Positions 25,521 to 35,612 of a stretch of DNA of 46,974 bases are shown here, piece by piece. Within the stretch, counting starts at the first letter, position 1; each line of letters starts with the position of its first letter. The notes below the pieces were generated by a model, which searched no databases, was not told the DNA's origin, and was given only the letters and a program-made list of their open reading frames with translations. Both the position numbers and the translations under genes were made by a program. The stretch is from Acutalibacteraceae bacterium. GTDB lineage: Bacteria; Bacillota; Clostridia; Oscillospirales; Acutalibacteraceae. The stretch is from positions 1 through 46,974 of the forward strand of contig JAZSGK010000023.1 in the NCBI GenBank assembly GCA_045532695.1, read 5' to 3'.

Positions 25521-27269
25521 TCAGAAATTTATGCTGTATTTTTCTGCATATTTCTCATAAAGAGTATTGTATTCGCTGTTGGGATCGGTTTTTACCTTCT
25601 TAAGATACTTATGAATATCCATTTCGCTGTGTGCCATTTCAATAACAAGACCTGCTATATTCGAGCAGTGGTCGGATACTCTTTCAAGGTTTGTAAGAAG
25701 GTCGCCGAGAATAAAGCCAAGCTCAATGGTACATCTGCCTTCCTGAAGACGTCTGATATGCTTGCTCTTCATCGTATCTCTCAGGTCGTCAACTACCTGC
25801 TCAAGAGGCTCAACCTTATACGCTGACTCAAGGTCGTTTTCAGCGAAGCTCTTATATGCAAGCTTTACGATCTCACTGATTGCATCTGCGAGCACCATAA
25901 TTTCTTTCTTAGCCTTATCAGAGAAGGAAAGCTTCTTATCATAGATTTCTTCTGCTGAACTGAGAACATTTACAGCGTGGTCGGAAATTCTTTCAAAGTC
26001 GCTGATAATATGAAGTAGCTTTGTTGTTTCGGCAGCATCTTCATCCGAAAGCTCAAGAGCCGATATTTTGACAAGATACGAGCCGAGCTTATCTTCGTAT
26101 TTGTCGGCTTTCTTCTCAGCCTTGATAATTTCTTCGCCAACTTCATCCTTATATTCAGAAAGCATTGCGAGAGATTTTTCAATAGCCGATACGGATATCT
26201 CTGCCATAGTCTTGGTTACATCACTGCAACGGTCAACTGCAACTGCAGGAGTGGCAAAAAGTCTTTCGTCGAGAATTTCGTAATGCTCTTTATCCTCTGT
26301 ATCCTTGATGGTCTTGACAGCAATCTTTTCAAGAACACCCGGCATGGGAGCCCACAGAAGCACACAGAACAGCTTATATGCAGTATTGACAACAGCAATT
26401 CCGACCTCGTTGGCTGTGTTATCAAAGAAATCAAATTTGAAAACAGCATTTGCTCCGTAGAAAAGAGCAAGAGCCGCAATTGTACCGAAAATATTAAAAT
26501 AGAGATGCACAAGAGTTGCGCGCTTTGCATTTTTGTTGGCACCGATTGATGAAAGTACGGCAGTGATACAGGTACCTATAGCCATACCCATTACAAGAGG
26601 TATTGCCGCACCGAAGGTAACAACGCCGGTTGCTGAAATAGCCTGAAGGATACCTACAGAAGCAGATGAGGACTGGATAATAGCCGTAAGGACTGCACCT
26701 GCAAGAACACCGAGAACGGGATTAGAGAAAAGTGTGAGAATATTTGTGAATTCAGGAACTTCCTTAAGACCTGCAACAGCATCGGACATAGCCGACATAC
26801 CTGTCATAAGAACTGCAAAGCCTAAAAGAATAGCCGCTGTATCCTTGCTCTTGTTCTTTTTTGAGAACATAAGAAGGTATATACCGATAAAAGCGAGAAC
26901 AGGAACAAATGAATCCGGCTTAAACAGATCCATAATTCCGCCACCCTTGATGGCTGTCAGCGAAAGAATCCAGCCGGTGATGGTGGTACCGACGTTTGCA
27001 CCCATAATCGGGCCTACAGCCTGATGAAGAGTCATAAGTCCTGAGTTAACAAAACCGACAACCATAACCGTTGTTGCCGATGACGACTGAATGACAGATG
27101 TTACAACAAGACCAAGTAAAAATCCTTTGAAGGGATTATCCGTCATTCTTCCCAGAATAGTCTTAAGCTGTCCTCCCGCTTTCTTTTCAAGAGCGTTGCC
27201 CATAGTCTGCATTCCGTAAAGGAAAAGGGCAAGACCTCCCACAAGGGATAATGCGTCAAAAATATCCAT
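25521..27269 (-). CDS. Na/Pi cotransporter family protein with C-terminal PhoU-like repeats
   Basis: N-terminal GMQTMG..QSSSATTVM and a second QSSSASVGI repeat. The C-terminal half carries ERISDHA and ERVSDHC PhoU motifs. Confidence 0.9.
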   Translation of the reverse strand: MDIFDALSLVGGLALFLYGMQTMGNALEKKAGGQLKTILGRMTDNPFKGFLLGLVVTSVIQSSSATTVMVVGFVNSGLMTLHQAVGPIMGANVGTTITGWILSLTAIKGGGIMDLFKPDSFVPVLAFIGIYLLMFSKKNKSKDTAAILLGFAVLMTGMSAMSDAVAGLKEVPEFTNILTLFSNPVLGVLAGAVLTAIIQSSSASVGILQAISATGVVTFGAAIPLVMGMAIGTCITAVLSSIGANKNAKRATLVHLYFNIFGTIAALALFYGANAVFKFDFFDNTANEVGIAVVNTAYKLFCVLLWAPMPGVLEKIAVKTIKDTEDKEHYEILDERLFATPAVAVDRCSDVTKTMAEISVSAIEKSLAMLSEYKDEVGEEIIKAEKKADKYEDKLGSYLVKISALELSDEDAAETTKLLHIISDFERISDHAVNVLSSAEEIYDKKLSFSDKAKKEIMVLADAISEIVKLAYKSFAENDLESAYKVEPLEQVVDDLRDTMKSKHIRRLQEGRCTIELGFILGDLLTNLERVSDHCSNIAGLVIEMAHSEMDIHKYLKKVKTDPNSEYNTLYEKYAEKYSINF

Positions 27270-27457
27270 ATTTTACCTCTCTGATATCTCAATTAAATCT
27301 TTCGACTCACAGTTATAATAACAATTTTTTCCTCTTAAGGCAAGAGTTTTCGACAATATTATTTATAAACAACAGTCAATTTTATTTTTTCCTTTACAAA
27401 ATAGATTTATTATAAAAAATAAAGACTACCGAATTAATTCCGATAGCCTCTTTATCA

Positions 27458-27817
27458 TTATAAGCTTGTAAGCTGATAATCTTCAATATCCTGCTGTAAA
27501 AGCGAAACCTTATTTGTGCCCTGTCTGATTTCACCGTTAAGCACAGCTATATCATTATCAAGAGCATACTTCACAGCCGCAAAAAGCACCTTTTCAAGTG
27601 CGCTTCTGACGTCGCTGTTTACGGGATAAGCCTCATCCTTGAATGTACCTGCAGCGGTTTTTCTGCTGGGCATTCCCATATAAAAGTCTCCCTCTTCTTT
27701 AAGCAGCACCTTAATATCGCTTACTGCAAACATACCGTCAAAAGTAATTGTACATTTTGCAACAAGTCTGTTGGTAGGTGCTTCAATTTTTCTCACTCTG
27801 AATGATGTGATCAGCAT
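27458..27817 (-). CDS. spoVG: SpoVG-family protein (divergent, C-terminally extended)
   Basis: VRKIEA..LVAKCTITFDGMFAVSDIKVL..FYMGMPSRKT..GTFKDEAYPVNSDVR parallels the SpoVG consensus VRK...KA.VSITFD..FVVHDIKV..F.AMPSRKT.DGEFKDIAHPI. Confidence 0.8.
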   Translation of the reverse strand: MLITSFRVRKIEAPTNRLVAKCTITFDGMFAVSDIKVLLKEEGDFYMGMPSRKTAAGTFKDEAYPVNSDVRSALEKVLFAAVKYALDNDIAVLNGEIRQGTNKVSLLQQDIEDYQLTSL

Positions 27818-27969
27818 TTTTTCTCTCCTCCGTTTTTACCTGCCCTCGTCGGCCTCAATATCTGTAGTAGGACAATTATAGCATTAAAAAACGCAGGTTT
27901 CAAGTATTTTATTAAGAATTATTAAAAAAGTTTATGATATATTCAAGCTCCGCAAATTTGTTATTTCAA

Positions 27970-27998
27970 TTGACAATATTCTATTGTTGTTATAAAAT
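27970..27998 (+). promoter_or_regulatory. sigmaA-type promoter for the SGNH hydrolase gene
   Basis: TTGACA (27970-27975), a 17-nt spacer, then TAAAAT (27993-27998). Confidence 0.4.
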
Positions 27999-28029
27999 CA
28001 ATTATAGAAACAGTAAGAGGTGATTTTCA

Positions 28030-29238
28030 ATGTCTGAACACAAATCAAATAAAAAATGGGTTGGTACATGGAGCACCAGTGCTGCTAAAGCCGGCATACA
28101 TATTCCTCCTTTTATCCATCTCAACAACGGACTTCTCTATTCCACCGCACGTACAGTCATACGCCCCACCCTCGGCGGCAACAGTATACGTCTGAATATT
28201 TCAAACAGATATAATCATAAGCCTCTTTGCATAAGCGAAACCACTGTCGCCAATTTTGTAAAGGGCAAGGCTGATACTGATGAACCTATTTCCGTTACCT
28301 TCGGCGGCAAAAAAGAGGTTACACTCGCTCCCGGTGAAGAGATACTGTCCGACACCGTTGATTTCAAAGTGGACGCTCTCAAAAAAATAGCCGTAAGCTT
28401 TTATGTAAAGCATGCTGTTATGCGTACAAAGGGGCTTTACGGAAGCGACACTTATCTCAGCCCCGGTAACCGCACACACAAGAAAAATTTCTGTCCATGG
28501 TTCCACCTGATTCTTAAAACCGATATAGCTGTTTTCCAGACTTTACCGTTCCTTACCCGTGTAGATGTGCTGGCTGACGAAGACTGCTATGCTATTGTAG
28601 TTGCAGGCGACTCCACTATGACAAATGAGAAGCCTTATTACCTTGCCGAGAGACTTCAGAAAATGGGCATACACAATGTGGCTGTGCTTCAGCAGGCACT
28701 TAACGGAAACCGGGTTCTCGATGACGGTAAGGGCGTAATAGGAAATCTTTACGGAGAAAGCCTTCTCAACCGCTTTGATAAGGATATACTCGCCTGCCCC
28801 GGAATAAAAAAGATTATACTCAAAGAAGGCGTCAACGACCTCCTCCATCCCCGTGCACTTACTACAAGAGCATATACTGATATGACAACAGCACAGGATA
28901 TCATCGATGGTCTGCAGAAGGTTATTGACAAATCTCATAAAAGCGGCCTGAAAATATATCTGTCAAAATTCACTCCGTTCAAAGGCTTCGGCGAGCTGAT
29001 TTTCGGCATCAGAGAATTCGATTGGTCAATGGAATCTCAGAGTGTATGTGACGATGTGAACACCTGGATGGACACCTGCAATGCCGACGGTATTATAACC
29101 GCCGATTTCCTCTGTGACGAAAATGACCCCTATGCGCTTAAAACGGAATATACCAAGGACTTTATTCACTATAATCACGCTGCGCAGAAAATCTTTGTTG
29201 AAAATATAGACGAGGATATACTTACACAGTCTCCCTGA
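28030..29238 (+). CDS. SGNH/GDSL-family hydrolase with N-terminal beta-rich domain
   Basis: Block I VVAGDSTM, block III GVND, and block V DFIHYN (DxxH). Confidence 0.85.
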   Translation: MSEHKSNKKWVGTWSTSAAKAGIHIPPFIHLNNGLLYSTARTVIRPTLGGNSIRLNISNRYNHKPLCISETTVANFVKGKADTDEPISVTFGGKKEVTLAPGEEILSDTVDFKVDALKKIAVSFYVKHAVMRTKGLYGSDTYLSPGNRTHKKNFCPWFHLILKTDIAVFQTLPFLTRVDVLADEDCYAIVVAGDSTMTNEKPYYLAERLQKMGIHNVAVLQQALNGNRVLDDGKGVIGNLYGESLLNRFDKDILACPGIKKIILKEGVNDLLHPRALTTRAYTDMTTAQDIIDGLQKVIDKSHKSGLKIYLSKFTPFKGFGELIFGIREFDWSMESQSVCDDVNTWMDTCNADGIITADFLCDENDPYALKTEYTKDFIHYNHAAQKIFVENIDEDILTQSP

Positions 29239-29261
29239 CGCCCTTTCAATCTGTAAACAAG

Positions 29262-29295
29262 AAAAAAGCTACTGCACCAGGCAGTAGCTTTTATT
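29262..29295. terminator. bidirectional terminator between convergent genes
   Basis: 11-bp stem AAAGCTACTGC/GCAGTAGCTTT flanked by an A-run and a T-run. Confidence 0.75.
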
Positions 29296-29309
29296 ATAAT
29301 ATCTGAGAA

Positions 29310-30947
29310 TTAATAGTGTGCTGCACCGCATTCGCAGTACTGATTTGTACCCATAAGGCTCCATATCCACTTAAGGATAACGCCGATGAAATACATAATA
29401 CCTGTACCGTTACAAGCGATACATGTGCAAAGGTCCTCTGCCTCTAAGATTGCAGTACATCTGTCACAGATCATATCACCGTCATCGTCTGCATGACCGA
29501 GAGGTTCAAGAGAGAAGATGAATGTGTTAAGGTTATCGATTGACATAAGCTCATTCTTTTCGTTGATAGCAAATGTTGCCTTACAACGTGAACATTCAAC
29601 CTTACCTATTGTACCGTACTGCTTACATGTAGGAGCCTTATATTTTTCGATAGGATTGTTAAGATCACAGTCATGACCGAGCTTGTCAATCTTCTGTGAT
29701 TCGGTTAAGATAGTTCTGCTACCCTCTGCGTTTTTACAATCATCATATGCACAACTAATTTCATCGGTCCAACCGTCTGCTGTACATGTTGCTTCCTTAG
29801 CTTCTTTTGTTACCTTGGGTGAATGTCCACGGGGATTTCCATATCTAAATGCATTTGCAACAATGCCAGCATTAATATCCTCTTCCGACATTTCACCTAC
29901 GATATAAATGTGAAGACTAGAATTCATAAAATCACCATTTGGAATTACAACAGCATCGTTACCGCACATTTTGCAGCTCTTTGAATAAAGTGCCGCTGTG
30001 CTGCAACTTACAGGAATAAGGCGATGCTTTTCTAAATCTTTTTGATCTACAAAATTGATATACTCATGATCTGCAAAGTTGCCGAATTCATAAGTCTCAT
30101 CTTCGTCAATACCCTTAGCTGAAGTTTCACATTCATAACAAACCTTATAGAATACTGCAAGTGTTGTACAGGTTCTCTCTGTTTTAAGGTCATCTTTTCC
30201 AGGCTCTTTAGGAGTGATGAGATTAGCATGCTCAACAAACATATGAGGAAGTGTATCGCCTTCATATACATACTCGGAAGCGTTTTCTTCGTCCTTGGCA
30301 TTTGCATTACAGTATGCACAGTCATAGTAGTACTTCATCTTCTTTGTACATGTGCCTTCCTGAGCAACATGAGCCTTATCCTTGATTTCTTCTGTGAAGC
30401 TGTGGCCCTTTGCTGAGCCTTCGTCAACTACAGTTGTTTCTTCGTCGCAGCCGTCAACTGTACATTCAACAACCTTTGTGCCGTCTTCTGTGCAGGTAGC
30501 ATCATCTTTAGATGTGCCTTCGCTCCATACATGGTCGCCTTTTTCTGTGCCTTCGAATGTTGCTTCAAATTCTGTGTCCTTTGAAGAAGCTCCGCAGACC
30601 GCACAGCTCTTATAATATGTCTTTTCTGTCTGGCAGTCGCCTTCTGTAGCTATATACTTATCTTCTGCAGCTTCTTCAGTGAATTTGTGGGCAGGTGTTT
30701 CGCCATAACCTGTTTTGCAAAAATCGCAAACAGCCTGCTGTCCGCAAGTAGCTTCACCGCCTGAACAATTTTCAAATTCCATTACATCAGTACATTTTGA
30801 GCATTCACGTATATGCTTATCGTTTTTGTAATAGCTATATACATACTCGTGTTCACAAGTTGCATCACTTGCCAAACCACTGAAGGGTACTACAGTAATA
30901 ACCATAAGCACTGCAAGAACAAGTGATAAAGTCTTTTTGAAATTCAT
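29310..30947 (-). CDS. Cys-rich repeat cell-surface protein with C-terminal membrane anchor
   Basis: Signal peptide. At least four H-x(n)-C..YYKSC..CG type modules. C-terminal hydrophobic segment GIMYFIGVILKWIWSLMG. GGAGG RBS. Confidence 0.8.
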   Translation of the reverse strand: MNFKKTLSLVLAVLMVITVVPFSGLASDATCEHEYVYSYYKNDKHIRECSKCTDVMEFENCSGGEATCGQQAVCDFCKTGYGETPAHKFTEEAAEDKYIATEGDCQTEKTYYKSCAVCGASSKDTEFEATFEGTEKGDHVWSEGTSKDDATCTEDGTKVVECTVDGCDEETTVVDEGSAKGHSFTEEIKDKAHVAQEGTCTKKMKYYYDCAYCNANAKDEENASEYVYEGDTLPHMFVEHANLITPKEPGKDDLKTERTCTTLAVFYKVCYECETSAKGIDEDETYEFGNFADHEYINFVDQKDLEKHRLIPVSCSTAALYSKSCKMCGNDAVVIPNGDFMNSSLHIYIVGEMSEEDINAGIVANAFRYGNPRGHSPKVTKEAKEATCTADGWTDEISCAYDDCKNAEGSRTILTESQKIDKLGHDCDLNNPIEKYKAPTCKQYGTIGKVECSRCKATFAINEKNELMSIDNLNTFIFSLEPLGHADDDGDMICDRCTAILEAEDLCTCIACNGTGIMYFIGVILKWIWSLMGTNQYCECGAAHY

Positions 30948-31183
30948 TTTTCTTACCTCCGTTTATAAATTCTTCAAATTTAGAGACAGATAAAATATAC
31001 CATTTTATCCATCATAAGTCAATAGATTAATTTTATTATTAATAAACAAAACCGGCAAATCAAAGAAAATTTTAAAAGATAAAAACAAACTGTAAATAAG
31101 GTCTTCACAAAAAGAACACACAGCCCTTCCTGTGTTAAAAACTTTGAGGAAAAGCTGTGCAAAATGTTGAAAATTCTTGCATT

Positions 31184-32428
31184 TTAATCTAATTTATAAT
31201 CGAGCTTAAACTGCTCACCGCAGCCGTAGTTTTCATAAACATAGTCGATATCCTTATCGCCTCTGCCGGAAAGAGAAACAAGAATAGATCCTGTGGGATG
31301 TTCCTTGGCATATCTTATTGCATAAGCAACAGCATGTGAGCTTTCGATAGCGGGAATGATGCCCTCATATCTTGAAAGAAGAAAGAATGCTTCCATAGCT
31401 TCTTCATCACTTACTGTCTCATAGTGTACTCTGCCGCTGTCACGAAGGAATGCGTGCTCGGGACCTACACCGGGATAGTCAAGACCGCTTGCAACAGAGT
31501 AAACGGGAAGTGGCTCACCCTTTTCATCCTGAAGCAGGTAGCTTTCGAAGCCGTGAAGCTTACCCTTTGTACCGTATGCCATAGTAGCAGCGTGATCGCC
31601 GATCTTATGGCCCCTGCCCAGAGGCTCAATACCGTAAATTTCAACGGGATCCGCAAGGAAAGGTGTGAACATACCGATTGAGTTTGAGCCGCCGCCTACG
31701 CATGCACAGACTGCATCGGGCATAATACCTGTCATCTCGAGGAACTGATCTCTTGCTTCATAGCCGATAACAGTCTGGAAGTCTCTTACCATCTTCGGGA
31801 AGGGATGAGGGCCGAGAGCAGAGCCGATACAGTAAATAGCATGGTCGTACTCTTTAAGATATGCATCAAAAGCAGCGTCAACAGCCTCCTTGAGAGTCTT
31901 GAGACCGTGGGTTACGGGGATAACATTTGCGCCGAGCATTTTCATACGGATAACATTGGGGTGCTGCTTTGCAATATCAACCTCACCCATATAAACGTCA
32001 CATTCCATACCGAAATAGGCGGCCGCAGTTGCAATTGCAACACCGTGCTGACCCGCGCCTGTTTCAGCAATAAGCTTTGTCTTGCCCATATATTTTGCAA
32101 GCAAGCCTTCTCCCATACAGTGATTGAGCTTGTGGGCACCTGTGTGGTTAAGGTCCTCTCTCTTGAGATAAATCTGACAGCTGCCGAAAAGCTTTGAAAG
32201 TCTTTCGCAGTGATATACAGGAGTAGGTCTGCCCTGGAATTCTTTTCTTATCCTGCGAAGCTCATTGATAAATTGAGCCGAATGGCAGATTGCTTCATAT
32301 GCATCGTCTGCCTCTTTGAATGCAGGCTCCAATTCGGGAGGTAAAAATGCTCCGCCGAATTCACCGAAATAGCCGTCTTTTGTGGGGTATTCCTTCAGAT
32401 AGTTTTCAAAATCTCTATACTTATTCAT
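31184..32428 (-). CDS. trpB: tryptophan synthase beta-chain family PLP enzyme, stand-alone
   Basis: [22 protein letters not shown] (PLP lysine), [26 protein letters not shown] and LSGRGDKD. No trpA is adjacent. Confidence 0.9.
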   Translation of the reverse strand: MNKYRDFENYLKEYPTKDGYFGEFGGAFLPPELEPAFKEADDAYEAICHSAQFINELRRIRKEFQGRPTPVYHCERLSKLFGSCQIYLKREDLNHTGAHKLNHCMGEGLLAKYMGKTKLIAETGAGQHGVAIATAAAYFGMECDVYMGEVDIAKQHPNVIRMKMLGANVIPVTHGLKTLKEAVDAAFDAYLKEYDHAIYCIGSALGPHPFPKMVRDFQTVIGYEARDQFLEMTGIMPDAVCACVGGGSNSIGMFTPFLADPVEIYGIEPLGRGHKIGDHAATMAYGTKGKLHGFESYLLQDEKGEPLPVYSVASGLDYPGVGPEHAFLRDSGRVHYETVSDEEAMEAFFLLSRYEGIIPAIESSHAVAYAIRYAKEHPTGSILVSLSGRGDKDIDYVYENYGCGEQFKLDYKLD

Positions 32429-32580
32429 AATGCTACAGTCTCCTTTATATAATGAAATGATAATATAACGCTATTCAATTTACGCTTCGCCATCGGAAAC
32501 CCGAGTAATACATAAATAACACTTCTTTCTGAAAAAATAAGAACCTTTCACGCTTTGCGTTCAGGAAACTTGTCGTAAAA

Positions 32581-32815
32581 CAATAAAAACCTGCTCCAGA
32601 AAGGAACAGGATAAACTGCAAGCCACCTTAATGGTTATCACGCACCAACATGCGCTCTCATCATAACGGTTAGAGTTTCCGTCGGCGCCTACTTGACTGT
32701 TTCGGGCCGCCCTCACAAGTCCATTCACCTATCAATCCGCTATCGCTTTCCACCTTCTGCGACTCTCTGTAAACTTCAGCGACAGGATACTACTCTTGCT
32801 CATCGGTTTAAGTAT
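32581..32815 (-). promoter_or_regulatory. T-box leader, Trp specifier (UGG)
   Basis: The minus strand shows a GA/K-turn CGATGAGCAAGAGTA, AGAGAG, distal GGTGGAAAGCG, specifier loop GAA-TGG-A (TGG at 32721-32723) and F-box-like CCGTTA. The T-box core is TTAAGGTGGCTTGC (UGGC pairs with a GCCA tRNA end). Terminator CCTGTTCC/GGAGCAGG plus a T-run lies at 32581-32610. Confidence 0.8.
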
Positions 32816-32827
32816 TAACTTGCTACC

Positions 32828-32856
32828 ATTTTAAAGCATAGAAGCAGATTTGTCAA
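32828..32856 (-). promoter_or_regulatory. sigmaA-type promoter of the T-box/trpB unit
   Basis: Minus strand reads TTGACA (32851-32856), a 17-nt spacer, then TAAAAT (32828-32833). Confidence 0.55.
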
Positions 32857-33035
32857 TAGAATATATTAATTTTCTTGCATAAATCTTTTGTAATTTTTAT
32901 TGGCTACTTTCGACAAAATACACCCCGGACAACTGTGCTATATCCCGAAAATTCTTTCAATGTTTTAACTATTATTTATTTTATAGTTGTTTTGTGCTAA
33001 GATACTGAACGATATATAAAGAGGAGCTCAGGACT

Positions 33036-33764
33036 ATGAACAAGATGAGAAACTTTATCCGATCAGAAATAACACACCTTAAAAACGATGTGACTAAATT
33101 CGAATATGCCACCTGGTGGATACTCCGTATTCTGATGGTATGCGGCATTATCTATAAATATAAAGAGCTGGGTCCGGCATACAGTCCCACAGTGCTGAAT
33201 CTTGTGCTGAATCTCTTTACAAGCTTTGCCGTTACCCTCATAAGGCTTATCCTCGTGCCAAAGCGCATAATCTGCAGACTCCCCTACCGTGTGCAGACAT
33301 ATCTCAACGTACTTGTCTTTTTCGCATCCTTCTGCGGACACGCCATAGGTGCAATCGGAAAGGTACGCGACTGGGATAAGCTTATGCATCTTCTCACCGG
33401 TGCTCTGTTTGTATTCATAGGCAACGAACTTGTGAAAATGTTTATGAAAGAAGGCGACAGAATTTCGCCTATGCTGAGATCTTTCACAGCCTTCGGATTT
33501 TCAAATGTTGCTATAGTTGTCTGGGAAATATTCGAATTCTTTGTCGACTACTATTGGCCCGGCTCAACCAATCAGGGCTATAACTGTCGCCTTGATCCGG
33601 AATCCGTATTTGTGAAGATATTCGGTCTCGGCGCACAAAACGAATATCAATGGGCCGTTGCGGATACCTGTATTGATATAACCTATGCTTTTATTACAAG
33701 TGTAATTGCTGCTGTTATATTACTTAAAATTCTCCAAAAAAAATATAATAAACATAATACCTGA
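33036..33764 (+). CDS. integral membrane protein, function unknown
   Basis: 242 aa with about 6 hydrophobic segments. GAGGAG RBS. Confidence 0.75.
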   Translation: MNKMRNFIRSEITHLKNDVTKFEYATWWILRILMVCGIIYKYKELGPAYSPTVLNLVLNLFTSFAVTLIRLILVPKRIICRLPYRVQTYLNVLVFFASFCGHAIGAIGKVRDWDKLMHLLTGALFVFIGNELVKMFMKEGDRISPMLRSFTAFGFSNVAIVVWEIFEFFVDYYWPGSTNQGYNCRLDPESVFVKIFGLGAQNEYQWAVADTCIDITYAFITSVIAAVILLKILQKKYNKHNT

Positions 33765-33880
33765 GGGAGCTGAAACAGTTTCCTCATTTTTGTTGCAATT
33801 ATAGTCTTACATAAATCGTTTGTTGACATTACATTTAATAAATGTTAAAATATTAAAAAATATAAAAGGTGGTAATTTCT

Positions 33881-35557
33881 TTGAAGAAGATCATTTCATT
33901 AGTTCTTACTCTCGTTATGCTCTTTACTGTTATTGCACCCTCATCTTCAGTGTTTGCAGCAAACGAGCGCACTCCAATTATTTATATCCGCGGTAACGGT
34001 GAAAAACTTTATTATCCTGACGGAACAAAGCTTAACGCAACTCTTGAAGACCTTTTCGCCGACGACAATAACGAAGGTGAATTAACTAAGGATGTTATCG
34101 TTGAAACAGCTGTAAATATTCTTATTCCCTTCATAACCGAAGGTATGCTTTTTGACAAATGGGACAACTACGGCAAAGCCATTTATGATGAGCTTTCTCC
34201 TTTATTCCCTGATTCCGGTCTCGACGAAAACGGAAATCCCCAAAAAGGTACAGGTGTCTCTCCCGAGGCTCTTGCAAATTCCGAAGCCAACTCAAAGAGC
34301 ATTTGGGCCTACAACGCAGGACAGGACTATAACTTCTGCTATGACTGGAGACTTTCTCCATATGATCATGTTGACAGACTTCATGAGTATGTACAGAATG
34401 TTCTTCATGCAACCGGACAGAAACAGGTGAGTATCTACGCAAGATGCTTCGGTGGCAGCTTACTAAACGCCTATCTTGAAAAATACGGTCATCTCAAACA
34501 GGTAAAGAATGTAATGTACAGCGATGTTCTTTCCAATGAAACAACTGTAATCAGCAAAGCTTTCAGCGGTCAGGTTGAATTTGATGCAGCGCTTATTGAA
34601 AGATATGCAGGTCAGCTTGATTACTGCGGCAGATACAATCTAGGCATCGGATTTGCATTTGGAGATCTTCTTTATGAAATCGTGATTAAATCCATGTCTT
34701 TCTTCAATCAGGTAGGAGCAACCGACGGGGTACTTGACGGTGTTGAAAATCTTTATGAAAAGCTCTACAAAGCGCTTGTTCCTGCACTGTGCCATGCAAC
34801 GGGTATTGCAACACAGGTTAACCATTGGACATGTGTTGCCGAAGAAGATATGGAGGATGCTCTCAATCTTATCTTCGGCGAAGAAGGTTCGGAGCTTCGC
34901 ATAAAATACGCCGGACTCATAAACAAGATTCAGTATTACAGAAGCCATGTTTCAAAAAATCTCATCGGTTTTTATGATAACGCCAAAGCTAACGGTATCC
35001 ATATCGGTTTCTTCGGCAAATACGGCTTTCTGAATGCTCCTTTCACTGTAGATGCGGATCTTCTCAGCGATTCTCTTGTAAGTCTTAAGCACGCAGCACT
35101 TGGTGCTACCTGTGCCACTATCGGACACACTCTTTCCGAAGACTATATTTCGCAGCGAGTCAAAGAAGGTAAAGGTAAATACATTTCTCCGGACAAACAG
35201 GTAGACCTTTCAACGGCCTATTCCCCCGAAACAACCTGGATCTGCAAAAATGCGCATCACAATATATTCTCAGAAACAAAACATATCCTGAAAGCCTTCC
35301 TCAACGGAACCAATGTCACTGTAAACACACCGGGAATGGCTGATCAGTTCCTTGTATACGACACCGAAACCAACACGCTTTCAACAATGACAGAAGATAA
35401 CAGTGCGGAGTTTGATTGGATTCAGAGTGCAGTTGACGAGCCTACCAAAGAAACTATTTCAATTTCAATCATAAGATGGTTTACAATGCTCTTTAAGGTT
35501 ATTGGCATGCTTCTCAGAGGAGAAATCAGCTTCGGAGAAGCTAAAGAAATGTTTTAA
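33881..35557 (+). CDS. secreted LCAT/lipase-like alpha/beta hydrolase with Cys at the nucleophile position
   Basis: Signal peptide. A YDWRLSP motif followed by VSIYARCFGGS where LCAT-type lipases have GHSMGG. C-terminal hydrophobic tail. Start set to TTG 33881, 8 nt after AAAGGTGG (the track uses GTG 33869). Confidence 0.7.
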   Translation: MKKIISLVLTLVMLFTVIAPSSSVFAANERTPIIYIRGNGEKLYYPDGTKLNATLEDLFADDNNEGELTKDVIVETAVNILIPFITEGMLFDKWDNYGKAIYDELSPLFPDSGLDENGNPQKGTGVSPEALANSEANSKSIWAYNAGQDYNFCYDWRLSPYDHVDRLHEYVQNVLHATGQKQVSIYARCFGGSLLNAYLEKYGHLKQVKNVMYSDVLSNETTVISKAFSGQVEFDAALIERYAGQLDYCGRYNLGIGFAFGDLLYEIVIKSMSFFNQVGATDGVLDGVENLYEKLYKALVPALCHATGIATQVNHWTCVAEEDMEDALNLIFGEEGSELRIKYAGLINKIQYYRSHVSKNLIGFYDNAKANGIHIGFFGKYGFLNAPFTVDADLLSDSLVSLKHAALGATCATIGHTLSEDYISQRVKEGKGKYISPDKQVDLSTAYSPETTWICKNAHHNIFSETKHILKAFLNGTNVTVNTPGMADQFLVYDTETNTLSTMTEDNSAEFDWIQSAVDEPTKETISISIIRWFTMLFKVIGMLLRGEISFGEAKEMF

Positions 35558-35579
35558 TTAAATCACGGTATAAAAATTA

Positions 35580-35612
35580 CTGCCTCGGTTTAAAGCCGAG
35601 GCAGATTTTATT
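35580..35612. terminator. bidirectional terminator between convergent genes
   Basis: 9-bp stem CTGCCTCGG/CCGAGGCAG with T-rich sequence downstream. Confidence 0.75.
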
